From: Dictyostelium discoideum
Lineage: Eukaryota
Reading direction: 5' to 3'
DNA: 64,000 nt
Assembly: GCA_000004695.1 (NCBI GenBank)
Contig: CM000152.2
Coordinates: 1,952,001 to 2,016,000 of the forward strand
Made by a program: the position numbers and the translations under genes. The notes under the pieces were generated by a model. It was not told where the DNA came from. It did no database searches and was given only the letters and a program-made list of their open reading frames with translations. Positions 63,412 to 64,000 of this stretch are shown here, piece after piece (the stretch's first letter is position 1; every line of letters starts with the position of its first letter).

Positions 63412-64000
<589 letters not shown>

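Overview
This window is AT-rich (about 78% A+T), densely genic, intron-containing eukaryotic DNA. Base composition, homopolymer runs, poly-Asn/Gln/Ser tracts and short GTAAGT...(T)nAG introns all match Dictyostelium discoideum nuclear DNA. I recognise about 25 protein-coding genes on both strands and none of the prokaryotic feature classes: no CRISPR, operons, rRNA or tRNA genes were found.

Genes identified with confidence from conserved motifs:
- Aurora kinase (aurK), 5 exons, minus strand.
- Hrd1/synoviolin-type RING-H2 ERAD ubiquitin ligase, 6 exons, minus strand.
- CYP51 sterol 14-alpha-demethylase, 2 exons.
- ALG9 mannosyltransferase, 6 exons.
- An LKB1/CaMKK-like myristoylated Ser/Thr kinase, 2 exons.
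- Two tandemly duplicated Dcr2-like metallophosphoesterases with a C-terminal transmembrane exon.
- A plant-type asparaginase / isoaspartyl peptidase.
- AP-1 sigma adaptin, whose first exon is only the ATG.
- A CBS-pair protein.
- UTP14.
- SNF5/INI1.
- An OTUD6B-like OTU deubiquitinase.
- TFIIF-alpha (RAP74).

Genes of unknown function:
- A histidine/proline-rich tandem-repeat protein.
- A secreted Cys-rich protein.
- A Pro/Thr-rich mucin-like protein.
- An LRR protein with STK11IP-like architecture.
- A WD40 protein.
- Several large low-complexity proteins.

Notable oddities:
- A 22-nt exact match to the pCR-TOPO cloning-site sequence sits inside a 2.6 kb intergenic desert.
- A truncated, internally deleted copy of the 3' end of one gene lies about 3 kb away from the original.
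- Non-canonical GTATT donors recur in four genes.
- An LRR-family ORF carries a frameshift and lacks a start codon.
- utp14 has an unusually long, repeat-bearing 3' intron.

Exon boundaries were derived by hand from splice consensus plus reading-frame continuity and homology. They are good to a few nucleotides but unverified by transcript data.
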